Below are positions 15,001 to 28,405 of a DNA stretch of 64,000 bases, in pieces. Position 1 is the stretch's first letter, and each line of letters starts with the position of its first letter. Under the pieces are notes generated by a model, which saw nothing but the letters and a program-made list of their open reading frames with translations, searched no databases and was not told the origin of the DNA. The DNA is from Eledone cirrhosa (lineage: Eukaryota): contig OZ024742.1 in the NCBI GenBank assembly GCA_964016885.1, positions 369,520,001 to 369,584,000 of the forward strand. The letters run 5' to 3'. Both the position numbers and the translations under genes were made by a program.

Positions 15001-18000
15001 TTGTATGATCACCATATTATATCTGTTAGCCAGTGATGTCTGGTCTACATACAGTGTTATGAGCAACTCTACAGATCGCATGTTCAAATGTTGCATGATC
15101 ACCATATTATATCTGTTGGCCAGTGATGTCTGGTCTATATACAGTGTTATGAGCAACTGTACAGATGTCATGTTCAAATGTTGTATGATCACCATATTAT
15201 ATATGTTGGCCAGTGATGTCTGGTCTACATACAGTGTTATGAGCAACTCTACAGATCGCATGTTCAAATGTTGTATGATCACCATATTATATCTGTTGGC
15301 CAGTGATGTCTGGTCTATATACAGTGTTATGAGCAACTGTACAGATGTCATGTTCAAATGTTGTATGATCACCATATTATATCTGTTGGCCAGTGATGTC
15401 TGGTCTATATACAGTGTTATGAGCAACTCTACAGATGTCATGTTCAAATGTTGTATGATCACCATATTATATCTGTTGGCCAGTGATGTCTGGTCTATAT
15501 ACAGTGTTATGAGCAACTCTACAGATGTCATGTTCAAATGTTGTATGATCACCATATTATATCTGTTGGCCAGTGATGTCTGGTCTATATACAGTGTTAT
15601 GAGCAACTCTACAGATGTCATGTTCAAATGTTGTATGATCACCATATTATATCTGTTGGCCAGTAATGTCTGGTCTATATACAGTGTTATGAGCAACTCT
15701 ACAGATCTCATGTTCAAATGTTGTATGATCACCATATTATATCTGTTGGCCAGTGATGTTTGGTCTATATACAGTGTTATGAGCAACTCTAAAGATGTCA
15801 TGTTCAAATGTTGTATGATCACCATATTATATCTGTTGGCCAGTGATGTCTGGTCTATATACAGTGTTATGAGCAACTGTACAGATCTCATGTTCAAATG
15901 TTGTATGATCACCATATTATATCTGTTGGCCAGTGATGTCTGGTCTATATACAGTGTTATGAGCAACTGTACAGATCTCATGTTCAAATGTTGTATGATC
16001 ACCATATTATATCTGTTGGCCAGTGATGTCTGGTCTATATACAGTGTTATGAGCAACTGTACAGATGTCATGTTCCAATGTTGTATGATCACCATATTAT
16101 ATCTGTTGGCCAGTGATGTCTGGTCTATATACAGTGTTATGAGCAACTGTACAGATGTCATGTTCAAATGTTGTATGATCGCAATATTATATCTGTTGGC
16201 CAGTGATGTCTGGTCTATATACAGTGTTATGAGCAACTCTACAGATGTCATGTTCAAATGTTGTATGATCACCATATTATATCTGTTGGCCAGTGATGTC
16301 TGGTCTATATACAGTGTTATGAGCAACTGTACAGATGTCATGTTCAAATGTTGTATGATCACCATAATATATCTGTTGGCCAGTGATGTCTGGTCTATAT
16401 ACAGTGTTATGAGCAACTCTACAGATCTCATGTTCAAATGTTGTATGATCACCATATTATATCTGTTGGCCAGTGATGTCTGGTCTATATACAGTGTTAT
16501 GAGCAACTGTACAGATCTCTTGTTCAAATGTTGTATGATCACCATATTATATCTGTTGGCCAGTGATGTCTGGTCTATATACAGTGTTATGAGCAACTCT
16601 ACAGATGTCATGTTCAAATGTTGTATGATCACCATATTATATCTGTTGGCCAGTGATATCTGGTCTATATACAGTGATATGAGCAACTCTACAGATGTCA
16701 TGTTCAAATGTTGTATGATCACCATATTATATCTGTTGGCCAGTGATGTCTGGTCTATATACAGTGTTATGAGCAACTCTACAGATCTCTTGTTCAAATG
16801 TTGTATGATCACCATATTATATATGTTGGCCAGTGATGTCTGGTCTATATACAGTGTTATGAGCAACTCTACAGATGTCATGTTCAAATGTTGTATGATC
16901 ACCATATTATATCTGTTGGCCAGTGATGTCTGGTCTATATACAGTGTTATGAGCAACTGTACAGATGTCATGTTCAAATGTTGTATGATCACCATATTAT
17001 ATCTGTTGGCCAGTGATGTCTGGTCTATATACAGTGTTATGAGCAACTCTACAGATGTCATGTTCAAATGTTGTATGATCACCATATTATATCTGTTGGC
17101 CAGTGATGTCTGGTCTATATACAGTGTTATGAGCAACTCTACAGATGTCATGTTCAAATGTTGTATGATCACCATATTATATCTGTTGGCCAGTGATGTC
17201 TGGTCTATATACAGTGTTATGAGCAACTCTACAGATGTCATGTTCAAATGTTGTATGATCACCATATTATATCTGTTGGCCAGTGATGTCTGGTCTATAT
17301 ACAGTGTTATGAGCAACTCTACAGATGTCATGTTCAAATGTTGTATGATCACCATATTATATCTGTTGGCCAGTGATGTCTGGTCTATATACAGTGTTAT
17401 GAGCAACTCTACAGATGTCATGTTCAAATGTTGTATGATCACCATATTATATCTGTTGGCCAGTGATGTCTGGTCTACATACAGTGTTATGAGCAACTCT
17501 ACAGATCGCATGTTCAAATGTTGTATGATCACCATATTATATCTGTTGGCCAGTGATGTCTGGTCTATATACAGTGTTATGAGCAACTGTACAGATGTCA
17601 TGTTCAAATGTTGTATGATCACCATATTATATATGTTGGCCAGTGATGTCTGGTCTACATACAGTGTTATGAGCAACTCTACAGATCGCATGTTCAAATG
17701 TTGTATGATCACCATATTATATCTGTTGGACAGTGATGTCTGGTCTATATACAGTGTTATGAGCAACTGTACAGATGTCATGTTCAAATGTTGTATGATC
17801 CCCATATTATATCTGTTGGCCAGTGATGTCTGGTCTATATACAGTGTTATGAGCAACTCTACAGATGTCATGTTCAAATGTTGTATGATCACCATATTAT
17901 ATCTGTTGGCCAGTGATGTCTGGTCTATATACAGTGTTATGAGCAACTCTACAGATGTCATGTTCAAATGTTGTATGATCACCATATTATATCTGTTGGC

Positions 18001-21000
18001 CAGTGATGTCTGGTCTATATACAGTGTTATGAGCAACTGTACAGATGTCATGTTCAAATGTTGTATGATCACCATATTATATCTGTTGGCCAGTGATGTC
18101 TGGTCTATATACAGTGTTATGAGCAACTGTACAGATGTCATGTTCAAATGTTGTATGATCACCATATTATATCTGTTGGCCAGTGATGTCTGGTCTATAT
18201 ACAGTGTTATGAGCAACTCTACAGATGTCATGTTCAAATGTTGTATGATCACCATATTATATCTGTTGGCCAGTGATGTCTGGTCTATATACAGTGTTAT
18301 GAGCAACTCTACAGATGTCATGTTCAAATGTTGTATGATCACCATATTATATCTGTTGGCCAGTGATGTCTGGTCTATATACAGTGTTATGAGCAACTCT
18401 ACAGATGTCATGTTCAAATGTTGTATGATCACCATATTATATCTGTTGGCCAGTGATGTCTGGTCTATATACAGTGTTATGAGCAACTCTACAGATGTCA
18501 TGTTCAAATGTTGTATGTATGATCACCATATTATATCTGTTGGCCAGTGATGTCTGGTCTATATACAGTGTTATGAGCAACTCTACAGATGTCATGTTCA
18601 AATGTTGTATGATCACCATATTATATCTGTTGGCCAGTGATGTCTGGTCTATATACAGTGTTATGAGCAACTCTACAGATCTCATGTTCAAATGTTGTAT
18701 GATCACCATATTATATCTGTTGGCCAGTGATGTTTGGTCTATATACAGTGTTATGAGCAACTTTAAAGATGTCATGTTCAAATGTTGTATGATCACCATA
18801 TTATATCTGTTGGCCAGTGATGTCTGGTCTATATACAGTGTTATGAGCAACTGTACAGATCTCATGTTCAAATGTTGTATGATCACCATATTATATCTGT
18901 TGGCCAGTGATGTCTGGTCTATATACAGTGTTATGAGCAACTGTACAGATCTCATGTTCAAATGTTGTATGATCACCATATTATATCTGTTGGCCAGTGA
19001 TGTCTGGTCTATATACAGTGTTATGACCAACTGTACAGATGTCATGTTCCAATGTTGTATGATCACCATATTATATCTGTTGGCCAGTGATGTCTGGTCT
19101 ATATACAGTGTTATGAGCAACTCTACAGATCTCATGTTCAAATGTTGTATGATCGCAATATTATATCTGTTGGCCAGTGATGTCTGGTCTATATACAGTG
19201 TTATGAGCAACTCTACAGATGTCATGTTCAAATGTTGTATGATCACCATATTATATCTGTTGGCCAGTGATGTCTGGTCTATATACAGTGTTATGAGCAA
19301 CTGTACAGATGTCATGTTCAAATGTTGTATGATCACCATAATATATCTGTTGGCCAGTGATGTCTGGTCTATATACAGTGTTATGAGCAACTCTACAGAT
19401 CTCATGTTCAAATGTTGTATGATCACCATATTATATCTGTTGGCCAGTGATGTCTGGTCTATATACAGTGTTATGAGCAACTGTACAGATCTCTTGTTCA
19501 AATGTTGTATGATCACCATATTATATCTGTTGGCCAGTGATGTCTGGTCTATATACAGTGTTATGAGCAACTCTACAGATGTCATGTTCAAATGTTGTAT
19601 GATCACCATATTATATCTGTTGGCCAGTGATATCTGGTCTATATACAGTGATATGAGCAACTCTACAGATGTCATGTTCAAATGTTGTATGATCACCATA
19701 TTATATCTGTTGGCCAGTGATGTCTGGTCTATATACAGTGTTATGAGCAACTCTACAGATCTCTTGTTCAAATGTTGTATGATCACCATATTATATATGT
19801 TGGCCAGTGATGTCTGGTCTATATACAGTGTTATGAGCAACTCTACAGATGTCATGTTCAAATGTTGTATGATCACCATATTATATCTGTTGGCCAGTGA
19901 TGTCTGGTCTATATACAGTGTTATGAGCAACTGTACAGATGTCATGTTCAAATGTTGTATGATCACCATATTATATCTGTTGGCCAGTGATGTCTGGTCT
20001 ATATACAGTGTTATGAGCAACTCTACAGATGTCATGTTCAAATGTTGTATGATCACCATATTATATCTGTTGGCCAGTGATGTCTGGTCTATATACAGTG
20101 TTATGAGCAACTCTACAGATGTCATGTTCAAATGTTGTATGATCACCATATTATATCTGTTGGCCAGTGATGTTTGGTCTATATACAGTGTTATGAGCAA
20201 CTTTAAAGATGTCATGTTCAAATGTTGTATGATCACCATATTATATCTGTTGGCCAGTGATGTCTGGTCTATATACAGTGTTATGAGCAACTGTACAGAT
20301 CTCATGTTCAAATGTTGTATGATCACCATATTATATCTGTTGGCCAGTGATGTCTGGTCTATATACAGTGTTATGAGCAACTGTACAGATCTCATGTTCA
20401 AATGTTGTATGATCACCATATTATATCTGTTGGCCAGTGATGTCTGGTCTATATACAGTGTTATGAGCAACTGTACAGATGTCATGTTCCAATGTTGTAT
20501 GATCACCATATTATATCTGTTGGCCAGTGATGTCTGGTCTATATACAGTGTTATGAGCAACTGTACAGATGTCATATTCAAATGTTGTATGATCGCAATA
20601 TTATATCTGTTGGCCAGTGATGTCTGGTCTATATACAGTGTTATGAGCAACTCTACAGATGTCATGTTCAAATGTTGTATGATCACCATATTATATCTGT
20701 TGGCCAGTGATGTCTGGTCTATATACAGTGTTATGAGCAACTGTACAGATGTCATGTTCAAATGTTGTATGATCACCATAATATATCTGTTGGCCAGTGA
20801 TGTCTGGTCTATATACAGTGTTATGAGCAACTCTACAGATCTCATGTTCAAATGTTGTATGATCACCATATTAAATCTGTTGGCCAGTGATGTCTGGTCT
20901 ATATACAGTGTTATGAGCAACTGTACAGATCTCTTGTTCAAATGTTGTATGATCACCATATTATATCTGTTGGCCAGTGATGTCTGGTCTATATACAGTG

Positions 21001-23747
21001 TTATGAGCAACTCTACAGATCTCTTGTTCAAATGTTGTATGATCACCATATTATATATGTTGGCCAGTGATGTCTGGTCTATATACAGTGTTATGAGCAA
21101 CTCTACAGATGTCATGTTCAAATGTTGTATGATCACCATATTATATCTGTTGGCCAGTGATGTCTGGTCTATATACAGTGTTATGAGCAACTGTACAGAT
21201 GTCATGTTCAAATGTTGTATGATCACCATATTATATCTGTTGGCCAGTGATGTCTGGTCTATATACAGTGTTATGAGCAACTCTACAGATGTCATGTTCA
21301 AATGTTGTATGATCACCATATTATATCTGTTGGCCAGTGATGTCTGGTCTATATACAGTGTTATGAGCAACTCTACAGATGTCATGTTCAAATGTTGTAT
21401 GATCACCATATTATATCTGTTGGCCAGTGATGTCTGGTCTATATACAGTGTTATGAGCAACTCTACAGATGTCATGTTCAAATGTTGTATGATCACCATA
21501 TTATATCTGTTGGCCAGTGATGTCTGGTCTATATACAGTGTTATGAGCAACTCTACAGATGTCATGTTCAAATGTTGTATGATCACCATATTATATCTGT
21601 TGGCCAGTGATGTCTGGTCTATATACAGTGTTATGAGCAACTCTACAGATGTCATGTTCAAATGTTGTATGATCACCATATTATATCTGTTGGCCAGTGA
21701 TGTCTGGTCTATATACAGTGTTATGAGCAACTCTACAGATGTCATGTTCAAATGTTGTATGATCACCATATTATATCTGTTGGCCAGTGATGTCTGGTCT
21801 ATATACAGTGTTATGAGCAACTCTACAGATGTCATGTTCAAATGTTGTATGATCACCATATTATATCTGTTGGCCAGTGATGTCTGGTCTATATACAGTG
21901 TTATGAGCAACTCTACAGATGTCATGTTCAAATGTTGTATGATCACCATATTATATCTGTTGGCCAGTGATGTCTGGTCTATATACAGTGTTATGAGCAA
22001 CTCTACAGATGTCATGTTCAAATGTTGTATGATCACCATATTATATCTGTTGGCCAGTGATGTCTGGTCTATATACAGTGTTATGAGCAACTCTACAGAT
22101 GTCATGTTCAAATGTTGTATGATCACCATATTATATCTGTTGGCCAGTGATGTCTGGTCTATATACAGTGTTATGAGCAACTCTACAGATGTCATGTTCA
22201 AATGTTGTATGATCACCATATTATATCTGTTGGCCAGTGATGTCTGGTCTATATACAGTGTTATGAGCAACTCTACAGATGTCATGTTCAAATGTTGTAT
22301 GAACACCATATTATATCTGTTGGCCAGTGATGTCTGGTCTATATACAGTGTTATGAGCAACTCTACAGATGTCATGTTCAAATGTTGTATGATCACCATA
22401 TTATATCTGTTGGCCAGTGATGTCTAGTCTATATACAGTGTTATGAGCAACTCTACAGATCTCTTGTTCAAATGTTGTATGATCACCATATTATATATGT
22501 TGGCCAGTGATATCTGGTCTATATACAGTGTTATGAGCATCTGTACAGATGTCATGTTCAAATGTTGTATGATCACCATATTATATCTGTTGGCCAGTGA
22601 TGTCTGGTCTACATACAGTGTTATGAGCAACTGTACAGATGTCATGTTCAAATGTTGTATGATCACCATATTATATCTGTTGGCCAGTGATGTCTGGTCT
22701 ATATACAGCGTTATGAGCAACTGTACAGATCTCATGTTCAAATGTTGTATGATCACCATATTATATCTGTTGGCCAGTGATGTCTGGTCTATATACAGTG
22801 TTATGAGCAACTCTAAAGATCTCTTGTTCAAATGTTGTATGATCACCATATTATATCTGTTGGCCAGTGATATCTGGTCTATATACAGTGTTATGAGCAA
22901 CTCTACAGATCACTTGTTCAAATGTTGTATGATCACCATATTATATCTGTTGGCCAGTGATATCTGGTCTATATACAGTGTTATGAGCAACTCTACAGAT
23001 CACTTGTTCAAACGTTGTATGATCACCATATTATATCTGTTGGCCAGTGATGTCTGGTCTATATACAGTGTTATGAGCAACTCTACAGATGTCATGTTCA
23101 AATGTTGTATGATCACCATATTATATCTGTTGGCCAGTGATGTTTGGTCTATATACAGTGTTATGAGCAACTGTACAGATGTCATGTTCAAATGTTGTAT
23201 GATCACCATATTATATCTGTTGGCCAGTGATGTCTGGTCTATATACAGTTATATGAGCATCTATACAGATCTCATGTTCAAATGTTGTATGATCACCATA
23301 TTATATCTATTGGCCAGTGATGTCTGGTCTATATACAGTGTTATGAGCAACTCTACAGATGTCATGTTCAAAAGTTGTATGATCACCATATTATATCTGT
23401 TGGCCAGTGATGTCTGGTCTATATACAGTGTTATGAGCAACTGTACAGATGTCATGTTCAAATGTTGTATGATCACCATATTATATCTGTTGGCCAGTGA
23501 TGTCTGGTCTATATACAGTGTTATGAGCAACTCTACAGTTGTCATGTTCAAATGTTATATGATCACCATATTATATCTGTTGGCCAGTGATATCTGGTCT
23601 ATATACAGTGTTATGAGCAACTGTACAGATGTCATGTTCAAATGTTATATGATCACCATATTATATCTGTTGGCCAGTGATATCTGGTCTATATACAGTT
23701 ATATGAGCATCTATACAGATCTCATGTTCAAATGTTATATGATCACC
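1..23747. repeat. 90-bp tandem satellite array, ~264 monomers, continues beyond the left edge
   Basis: Consensus TTGGCCAGTGATGTCTGGTCTATATACAGTGTTATGAGCAACTSTACAGATGTCATGTTCAAATGTTGTATGATCACCATATTATATCTG repeats with 90-bp period and few substitutions per copy. Rare indels occur at ~4059, ~5997, ~7206, ~9138, ~13652 and ~18515. The array ends abruptly at GATCACC|GGCCCG (23747). Confidence 0.99.
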
Positions 23748-24000
23748 GGCCCGTATCGCGAGATCCAAGCCTCTCCGAAAAAGGACGGCAACCCCTCCTC
23801 CCGATCCTGGACGGCTGGGAGATGTGTATGCATCCTAGCCGCCAAAGATCGGTGCCAAGGCTTTGTGCTTCGGAGATTCTGGTTTCACTGATGGCAACCA
23901 CATCTATGTTTAGTGACCTGAGGTCGTTGAGCAGGTGACCCTGCTTCCAAGATGACCCCAGGCCACGTGCATTTATACTGCCTATTCTGAATACAGCCAT
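23748..24000 (-). pseudogene. Truncated N-terminus of LINE ORF2 APE endonuclease
   Basis: MAVFRIGSINARGLGSSWKQGHLLNDLRSLNIDVVAISETRI matches the S/W-N-x-R-G-L and L-x-E-T motifs of L1/Tx1 endonucleases. Cut off at the satellite junction. Confidence 0.85.
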
Positions 24001-24032
24001 GTTGGATGAGAAACGGGGCCAATGAGAAAGGG

Positions 24033-25489
24033 TCACTTACCTTGTTTGTGTGGTGAAGGGACAGTAGAACCGTCCCTTTCGCTGGTCATGGGTGTTTCCA
24101 AGAGGATGTCAGTGTATATCCTCTTGGTTACCGTCCCCCTGAAGTCTCCAACTGCATTGGGGAATTTTTGTTTTAAAGGTTTGTACTGTTCTATTGAGAT
24201 TTCGATGATGCTTATGTTTGTCGGGAGAGTTCTTGGTGTTGGTGGGGTGTAGTAATTTTTTCCGTGATGTCTGTGTGCTGCTTTATATATTTTATGAGTT
24301 CTTTTTTTGCTATGTTTATGGCTGTGTACTTTTTTGGGGGAAGGGTGATTTTGTTGCCGTTTTCTTCTTGTTGCTGTTTGGTGTGTGTGTCTTGTTGTGT
24401 TTACGTTGTTGGTGTTTGTGGTGGTGTTGCTGCAAGTTTCCTTGCTGCCTTTACCCCTCTTTGTATGCCTTCGCTTTTGGAGGGTGTATCTAAGGGGTTT
24501 TTTTTTTTTTTCTTTTTTGTGGCAGACTGTTTGCCACGTCACTCCCGTCTCAAACTCCATGTCGGATTCTGTGGCGTCTGGGAGGGGTATGTGCTCCACG
24601 GCTGTTGGTGGTGGTAGTGGAGCCCTCTTCGGCAATGTTGTTGCTGGTGTAGCTATTTCAAATGTAGCTATTGGTGTTGCCGCTACTGATGATGCTGCTT
24701 TAGTTATCCGTGGCCTTGGTGCGGGTGCTACGGACGTTGCCCTCCTACTCACTGTGGAAGAGGCTTCTTCGTTTGTTGCCTGTCCTGCTCTTGGTAGCAG
24801 CGGACCAGGTATTTGAAGGAGAGGAGTCCTCTTCGGTGTCTTCTGCGGGCAAAAGGCCCTGAGGTGACCTTTCGACCCACAGAGATAACATTTTGGCCGT
24901 CTTCCTTCTACACTTATAGGGAGTTGGAGTCCTTCCTCAAAGTCTATTTTATCGGGGATAGCCTCGATACATTCCTGGTCAGTTTGTATAAGAATTTGCA
25001 TGCCTATACCTGACCAGTTCTCTCTCCCTATTTTTTCTACTTGCAGCATGGTCGCCCTGTTCTCAATTCCAGCAAGGACAGACGCGGCCAGCCAAGGTAT
25101 GGGCACGTCGGGTGGGACCTGGGTCACTTTGACCCTCACAATTTTCTGCCCGCAGTAGGAGGGCACCAAGACTAACTCCTCACTCTTTAGGGTTTCCAAA
25201 GAGTGAGACTTTGCTTCCTGGGGGGTGGCGAAAAGTACGTCTACTGTGGCGTACTTTCTGCCTCGGGTGATGTGGGATTTGCGTGCCCAGACGCACCCCA
25301 AGGCCTTTTAGATTTGAGCCTCCGTGGCTCTCTCTCCACCCGATGTGAGATTTTGCTTACGGTGCGGTAAGTCACCGTCCGTAGCTGCTGGTCCTTGAAA
25401 AAATCGGGTGGAGGTTTCAGGGAAACTCTATTTGCGCTTCTTGTCACCATGGCCCTTGCGACTGCCATCTCCTCCTCTGTGACTAACAC
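24033..25489 (-). pseudogene. LINE ORF1 (CCHC zinc-knuckle nucleic-acid-binding protein), frameshifted near 25300
   Basis: ORFs 24033..25301 and 25241..25489 overlap in different frames. Contains a CX2CX4HX4C motif and a basic Pro/Thr-rich C-terminal region. An Asn-rich low-complexity remnant lies further upstream (25600-25900). Confidence 0.8.
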
Positions 25490-26240
25490 TGTCTCGATAT
25501 TTCGGGCGACACCTGCAAAAGAAGTGGTCCCTTTTTCAGCAGCACCACTATTGCTGCCGCTACTGGTCTTGCTGGTGGTGCTGAGGTCGCTATTACAGGT
25601 ATCGGTGTCATTGTTGTTCTTTTCGTTGGTACAGTTGTTGGTGTTGTTGTTGTTGTTTTCGTTGATACTGTTACTGCTGTTACTGTTATTGTGGCTGTTG
25701 TTATTATTGTTGTTTTTGTTGATACTGTTCCTACTATTATTGTTGTTGTGGCTGTTGTTATTGTCGTTCTCGACCTTACCGCTGTTATTTCTGTTATTGT
25801 CGTTCTCGACTTTACCGCTGTTATTTTTGGTGTTGTTTTTGGTGATGTTGTTGGTGTTATTGTTGGTGTTTTTTGTGTTAGAAATATTTGTTAATTTTAA
25901 ATCTGTAACAATCTTTTTTTCCTTTGTAATATTTTCATTTATATTTACCTTCGCTGGAACGCTGTCTTGTTGACATGCTGATAAAGTCTCCCTCTCTCTG
26001 TGTTGTCTGACAGCACTCTCTCTCTCTTTCTTGTGTTATCCATGTTGAAATTTTTCAAAAAATGTTTTTACACAAATACGAATACGACACCCCGTAAAGG
26101 GGAGTCGTATTATTTACTAGTGAACCCCTGTATTAGGTGGGTCACTTCTTCTAAACTTTTATCAAAATTAAAACTTGAATAAAAGGTTTAGAACGGTTGA
26201 AAAAGAGGTAAAACGTTGAAAAAGACTGGAAGCGATAAGA

Positions 26241-27780
26241 AGCGTGGCTTCACCAACCAATAATAATAATAATGAAAATATTGTGTACAGTGCTCAGGTG
26301 CACTACAACTCATCAAAAGTGCATGTATAGTACATAGGGTAATGCACAAACGTCAGGAAAATTAACAGTGCATGGGACATGATATACATATGTGTGCATG
26401 TGTATGGAAGGTGGACATAAGGTGTAGTTTTGGCGAATTTCGGGAAGCATGAGGGTTTTAAAGGATGCAGTGTCTCGGCAGCTAACAACTGACGCAGGCA
26501 GTTTGTTCCATGCTTCAGCAACTCTGAGCATGAAAAAATGTTTCCGAAAGTCATGGGAGCTGTGCTGTTTTCTGACTTTGTCCACGTGTGTTAGACACAT
26601 GGAGATCAAAAAGGTGCTCAGGGTTGTTGTTGGCGAGATGGTTAATAACTTTGTGGGTATTTACCCAGTCCATTGCCAGACGTCGGAGCTTCAATGAATC
26701 CATACCCAGGGAAGCAAGGCGTTCAGAGTATGGTAGGTGTCTGATGGAGGGTATGCGCTTGGTTGCACGTCTCTGAACAGATTCCAGGAGGTCAATGTTC
26801 TGAGCAAGATAGGGGTTCCAGACTGATGATGCGAATTCCAAGTGTGGTCGTACCATAGCTGTATACAGCTTTAAATAGATGGCTGGAGAGCGGCTAACAA
26901 AGGTCTTGCTGAGTGATGCCAAGACACCCTGGGCCTTCTTGACAATCTTAGAGACATGCTTTGTCCAACACAAATCGCTGCTGACAGTAATGCCCAGGTC
27001 ACGTTCACAAGAGGACTTCTTGATAACAGTGTTGTGCAGGGAGTATGTGGACGCTGGATTTTTCCTCCCAAAATGCATGGTGGTACACTTGTCCACAGCC
27101 AGCTTCAGTTGCCAGTCTGTGATCCATTCCTGCATTGTGTCCAGGTCTGGTTGTAAGAAAGAGTTATAGATTTCAGGATCTGTCCTTTTGATTTCAAGGT
27201 ACAGCTTGATGTCATCTGCATATTTCAGTACCGTGGCATTCTTTAAGTTGGCATCTATGTCATTAATGTATGCAACAAATAAAAGTGGGCCAAGAACAGA
27301 TCCCTGTGGTACACCAGTTGACATCTCATATGGCGAAGAATGCTGTCCGAGAATCGTGACTACCTCTTTTCGGCTGAGAATGAAGGATTTCAACCAGTCG
27401 AAAAGATCATCCCTCACACCCATTTCAGAGAGTTTCGCCATAAGTCTTTTGTGTGGCACAGAATTAAAAGCGTTAGCGAAGTCAAGGTAAACAACATCCA
27501 CCCATGAGCCGCTGTCAGTGATCCGGGTAATGTCTTCAAGGAACTCGATAAGCTGATCGCAGCAGCCGGAGTTAGGGATAAATACAAACTGCGAGGGCCG
27601 GATGAGGCTGTGGGAGCTCCAGAAGTTCTAAAGTGTTTCTCTGACACAGGATTCCATCAGTTTGGCAATACAGCTAGTAAGACTGATTGGATGATAGTTG
27701 ACAGGTGACGTGCGGTTGCCCTTTTTGAACAAGGGAATGACACTGGCAGTTTTCCACTGCTCCGGAGTAGCACCACAATT
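26241..27780 (-). mobile_element. 5'-truncated CR1-type LINE (RT domain, 3' UTR, (ATT)n tail)
   Basis: ORF 26551..27501 has DVVYLDFANAFNSVPH, GVPQGSVLGPLLF, YADDIK, ERDLGI and VRPHLEFASSVWNP. Upstream NYHPISLTSCIAKLME is in another frame. Downstream FFMLRVAEAWNKLP. The tail reads TAATAATAATAAT on + at 26241. Confidence 0.92.
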
Positions 27781-27848
27781 TGATATGTTTATATATATAT
27801 ATATGAGAGGAGGAAGTTATAGTTCACTTGAAGCATTGTGTAATGAGC

Positions 27849-28321
27849 TATAAACGTTTGTATATGTATAATAAAGCCAAAACAATGCAGGTATGGACAT
27901 AGAATAAAGAATGCAAATGCAAAAGATATTATTGACAATTAGGCTTTTACCTTAGATTTATTTAAATGTCCTTAATTTTCAAGATAATATCTCTTCTTCG
28001 GAGGGAAGTAAAGCGGTTAAACCAGTGTTCTAAATAGCTAGCCAAGTCATGCTGACAGGAAATGGTATAGAGTATCTGTTCTATCTCTAATGTCAAAGAG
28101 TTAAGGTTAGGTGGATAAAGAGTAGTCTCCCTTTAAAAGTTTTTTTTTGTACATGCCTGTTTCAGTGTGTGGGAGAATGTGTGAGGTGTAAGTATGTGTG
28201 TGTGTGTGTGAGTGTGAGAAGATATGTCTATACGTAAATGTGGGGGATAGATGTTATCTCGTGTTAGAACTGGTCTTTGTGTGTGTATGTGTGTGTGTGA
28301 GAGAGAATAAGTGGAGGTGTA

Positions 28322-28405
<84 letters not shown>

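Larger units (their letters stand above)
23748..26240 (-). mobile_element. 5' half of a Tx1/L1-clade non-LTR retrotransposon (5' region, frameshifted ORF1, first ~85 codons of ORF2)
   Basis: ORF1 carries the gag-like zinc knuckle CYLCGSKGHLRAFC after LPISVEGRRPK. 32 nt downstream, ORF2 starts MAVFRIGSINARGL...DVVAISETR, the N-terminal motifs of an APE endonuclease. The 5' boundary is approximate. Confidence 0.85.

Noticed and set aside
1-23747. CRISPR-like array
   Set aside because: There are no unique spacers or cas genes, and the context is eukaryotic.
1-23891. Giant ORFs (up to 3135 aa) as real genes
   Set aside because: They follow from a 90-bp monomer lacking stops in two frames. They are broken by stops and frameshifts and have no unique domains or splice context.
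25395-25973. Leu-rich membrane-protein-like ORF
   Set aside because: It is the antisense reading of the (AAC/AAT)-rich region of the LINE ORF1 remnant.
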